From a candidate division WOR-3 bacterium (lineage in GTDB: Bacteria > Hydrothermota > Tepidihabitantia > SM23-42 > CAYGYG01), in assembly GCA_965648915.1 (NCBI GenBank), contig CBFGIV010000053.1:1-15756 (forward strand): a stretch of DNA of 15,756 bases, written 5' to 3'. Position 1 is the stretch's first letter. Each line of letters opens with the position of its first letter. Positions 13,857-15,756 of the stretch are shown here, in pieces. The notes beneath the pieces were generated by a model. The model ran no database searches, was not told where the DNA came from, and worked only from the letters and a program-made list of their open reading frames with translations. The translations under genes were made by a program, and so were the position numbers.

Positions 13857-14770
13857 TGGCAGTTACGAATCAGGAACCGCCCGGTTTTAATTACTATCTT
13901 AAAGAGTTCGAGAATTACCTTTTATCCCTTGGCCGGGCCCGGAATTCCATCGAATCCTACCTTGGTGATGTAAGACAGTTTTTAAATTTTCTCAACGACA
14001 GATGCATTACCGATATAAAGGGTTGTTCATTCGAATTGCTCCAGAACTATCTCTATGAACTGAAGAGTCTGGGACTTGCCGCATCTTCAATCGCCCGTAA
14101 AATTGTAGCCTTAAAGTCTTTTTTTAATCTATTTGAAGATAGAGGAGTCATTGCAAAAAATGAGGCAGTCCGACTTGAAACTCCGAAGGTCGATCGTAAA
14201 TTACCAGCCGTCTTATCGGTCGATGAGATTATGAAGATCATCGAGAATGTTGAGAAGGATAAGATAAGCGGTATCAGAGATCGGGCAATGCTCGAGATAT
14301 TATATGGTGCCGGATTGAGGATATCGGAATTGCTCAATTTAAGATTGAATAGCGTCTTATTAGAGAACGGCTTTGTTCGAGTCGTGGGCAAGGGTGATAA
14401 GGAGCGTCTTGTCCCGATTGGTGAGCCTGCGATCCAGGCTTTGAGCCATTACCTCAGAACCAGCCGGCCTCAATTACTCAAGAAAAAGACCTCTGATTAT
14501 CTCTTCTTAAACCAGCGCGGCACCAGAATGTCCCGGATGGGTTTCTGGAAAATCCTGAGATTCTACCTCAGGAAGTCAGGGATCAAAAAGCGTGTTACTC
14601 CTCACACCTTTCGCCATTCTTTTGCAACCCATCTCTTAGAAGGTGGGGCAAATCTGCGCGCCGTGCAGGAGATGCTGGGGCACAGCGATATAAAAACTAC
14701 CCAGATCTACACCCACATCGATCGAGAACAATTAAAAGAGATTCACAAAATATACCACCCGAGAGGGTGA
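13856..14770 (+). CDS. xerD: site-specific tyrosine recombinase XerD
   Basis: RDRAMLEILYGAGLRISEL, GKGDKERLVP and TPHTFRHSFATHLLEGGANLRAVQEMLGHSDIKTTQIYTH...YHPRG. Start is ATG 13856 or GTG 13853. Confidence 0.88.
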   Translation: MAVTNQEPPGFNYYLKEFENYLLSLGRARNSIESYLGDVRQFLNFLNDRCITDIKGCSFELLQNYLYELKSLGLAASSIARKIVALKSFFNLFEDRGVIAKNEAVRLETPKVDRKLPAVLSVDEIMKIIENVEKDKISGIRDRAMLEILYGAGLRISELLNLRLNSVLLENGFVRVVGKGDKERLVPIGEPAIQALSHYLRTSRPQLLKKKTSDYLFLNQRGTRMSRMGFWKILRFYLRKSGIKKRVTPHTFRHSFATHLLEGGANLRAVQEMLGHSDIKTTQIYTHIDREQLKEIHKIYHPRG

Positions 14771-14771
14771 T

Positions 14772-15158
14772 CTATCTTTTGAAACGTGCCTCCACTCTGG
14801 CCTTCATTCCACCCCTGACATTAAATTCGCCGGTGACGGTTGCCCACTTTGGTTTACAGGCAGAGACAAAGTCCTTGAGGATTCGATTCACCGCATTTTC
14901 ATAAAATATGCCGAGATTGCGATAGCCGAGGATATAATATTTAAGCGACTTCAATTCGACACACTTCTTGTCTGGCATATATTGAATTGTAATCGTTCCA
15001 AAGTCAGGCAGGCCAGTGCGTGGACAGACCGAGGTGAATTCAGGAATAGTTATCGTTATCTCATAATTTCTATACTGGTTGGGCCAGGTCTCAATCCGGC
15101 AAAGTTTTGTCTTAAGCCCGGCCCGGGCATGCCGGACTGTATATAGTTTTTTGGTCAT
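14772..15158 (-). CDS. queF: NADPH-dependent 7-cyano-7-deazaguanine reductase (preQ1 synthase, short type)
   Basis: PEFTSVCPRTGLPDFG, ELKSLKYY and F.VRGG. Start set at ATG 15158 because the upstream TTG coincides with the -35 box. Confidence 0.93.
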   Translation of the reverse strand: MTKKLYTVRHARAGLKTKLCRIETWPNQYRNYEITITIPEFTSVCPRTGLPDFGTITIQYMPDKKCVELKSLKYYILGYRNLGIFYENAVNRILKDFVSACKPKWATVTGEFNVRGGMKARVEARFKR

Positions 15159-15163
15159 AGATA

Positions 15164-15191
15164 AATATACAATAAAATCGCTCGGGGTCAA
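15164..15191 (-). promoter_or_regulatory. sigma70-type promoter of queF, leaderless
   Basis: On the - strand: TTGACC (15191..15186), 16 bp, TATATT (15169..15164), 5 nt, ATG; no SD. Confidence 0.6.
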
Positions 15192-15203
15192 GTGAAATTA
15201 AAA

Positions 15204-15756
15204 CTACTCGACGACCACCTTTTTTGTAATCATCCGGCCATCAAGGTTCAACCCCACAAAATAAACACCGGGATTCAGTTTTATAGTAAGAAGTGAAGGC
15301 CTTGCCATAACCTCTTGAACCAGGCGGCCTGAAAGGTCATAAATTCTTACAGGAGAGACTCTTTGACCCATATTTTTAATTGTGAGCCAGATAGAACTTT
15401 TCGCTGGATTAGGATAGATCTTAATCTCTGACCCGACCCGGTCGCGTGATTGCTCTTCTTCAATCCCGGTTATAAAATTCCTCACATTCACACTGTGATA
15501 ATAGATGGCATTAGTTAAATAGTATACAGCGTGTATCCGTCCATCATTTATGGGATTATCGCCCCGGCTGACGATATGGGCAAATTCGACCGGATCGAGA
15601 TAACCACCGACATCAAAGAGTCTACCCCGGTAGGTCCAGGTATTACCTAGGTCAGTCGAATGCCAGAGCCTCGGTCCAGCAATGCCACTTCCTGGCCTGC
15701 GATAACCGATGACACCAATCGAATTCTGCCCCCGGGCAAAGTCCTTGCTGGTAACG
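15204..15756 (-). CDS. 3' part of a BNR-repeat protein with T9SS type A sorting-like CTD (runs in from the right edge)
   Basis: The frame is open from 15755: VTSKDFARGQ...LWHSTDLGNTW...IYYHSVNVRNFITGIEE...IYPNPAK...IYDLSGRLV...LNPGVYFV...TKKVVVE. The ORF-track start at 15491 is internal. Confidence 0.85.
   Translation of the reverse strand, partial: VTSKDFARGQNSIGVIGYRRPGSGIAGPRLWHSTDLGNTWTYRGRLFDVGGYLDPVEFAHIVSRGDNPINDGRIHAVYYLTNAIYYHSVNVRNFITGIEEEQSRDRVGSEIKIYPNPAKSSIWLTIKNMGQRVSPVRIYDLSGRLVQEVMARPSLLTIKLNPGVYFVGLNLDGRMITKKVVVE

Noticed and set aside
517..14391. Short alternative-frame and antisense ORFs in the track (517-819, 710-1030, 988-1212, 1166-1366, 2359-2628, 6131-6322, 7618-7902, 8017-8220, 8880-9110, 10697-10909, 11358-11564, 11749-12039, 11867-12082, 12387-12839, 13523-13738, 14053-14391)
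   Set aside because: They lie largely or wholly inside well-supported genes and show no recognisable motifs, so they are treated as shadow ORFs.
13856..14770. Tyrosine recombinase as a phage or island integrase
   Set aside because: It is ~305 aa with XerD-typical motifs, embedded in a housekeeping operon, with no tRNA, att repeats or mobile genes nearby.
15159..15203. preQ1 riboswitch upstream of queF
   Set aside because: The 45-bp gap is filled by the promoter, leaving no leader, and no preQ1 aptamer motif was seen.

Overview
This window looks like bacterial chromosomal DNA of moderate GC. The protein style (BNR and FG-GAP propellers ending in T9SS-type C-terminal domains) suggests an FCB-related lineage such as WOR-3, which is inference only. 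The left part has a divergent gene start at 31 (-), a ~570-bp repeat-rich intergenic region and two large secreted proteins: a BNR/Asp-box propeller protein and an FG-GAP propeller protein. The middle has nadB and a small TPR gene, then a tightly coupled 11-gene run: J-domain/TPR, amrB, amrA, two small hypotheticals, recR, larB, larC, an ECF sigma, a zinc-finger anti-sigma and xerD. On the right, convergent queF is followed by the 3' end of a third BNR/T9SS-CTD gene. No rRNA, tRNA, CRISPR array, transposase or reverse transcriptase was seen. The main unexplained structures are: strand-biased 2/7/8/9-mer tandem arrays and REP-like palindromes around and inside the secreted-protein genes; a (TC)8 tract inside a leader ORF; near-consensus promoters with 16-bp spacers and almost no 5' UTR; an SD/anti-SD hairpin; and a J-domain protein with a MinD-like membrane tail.
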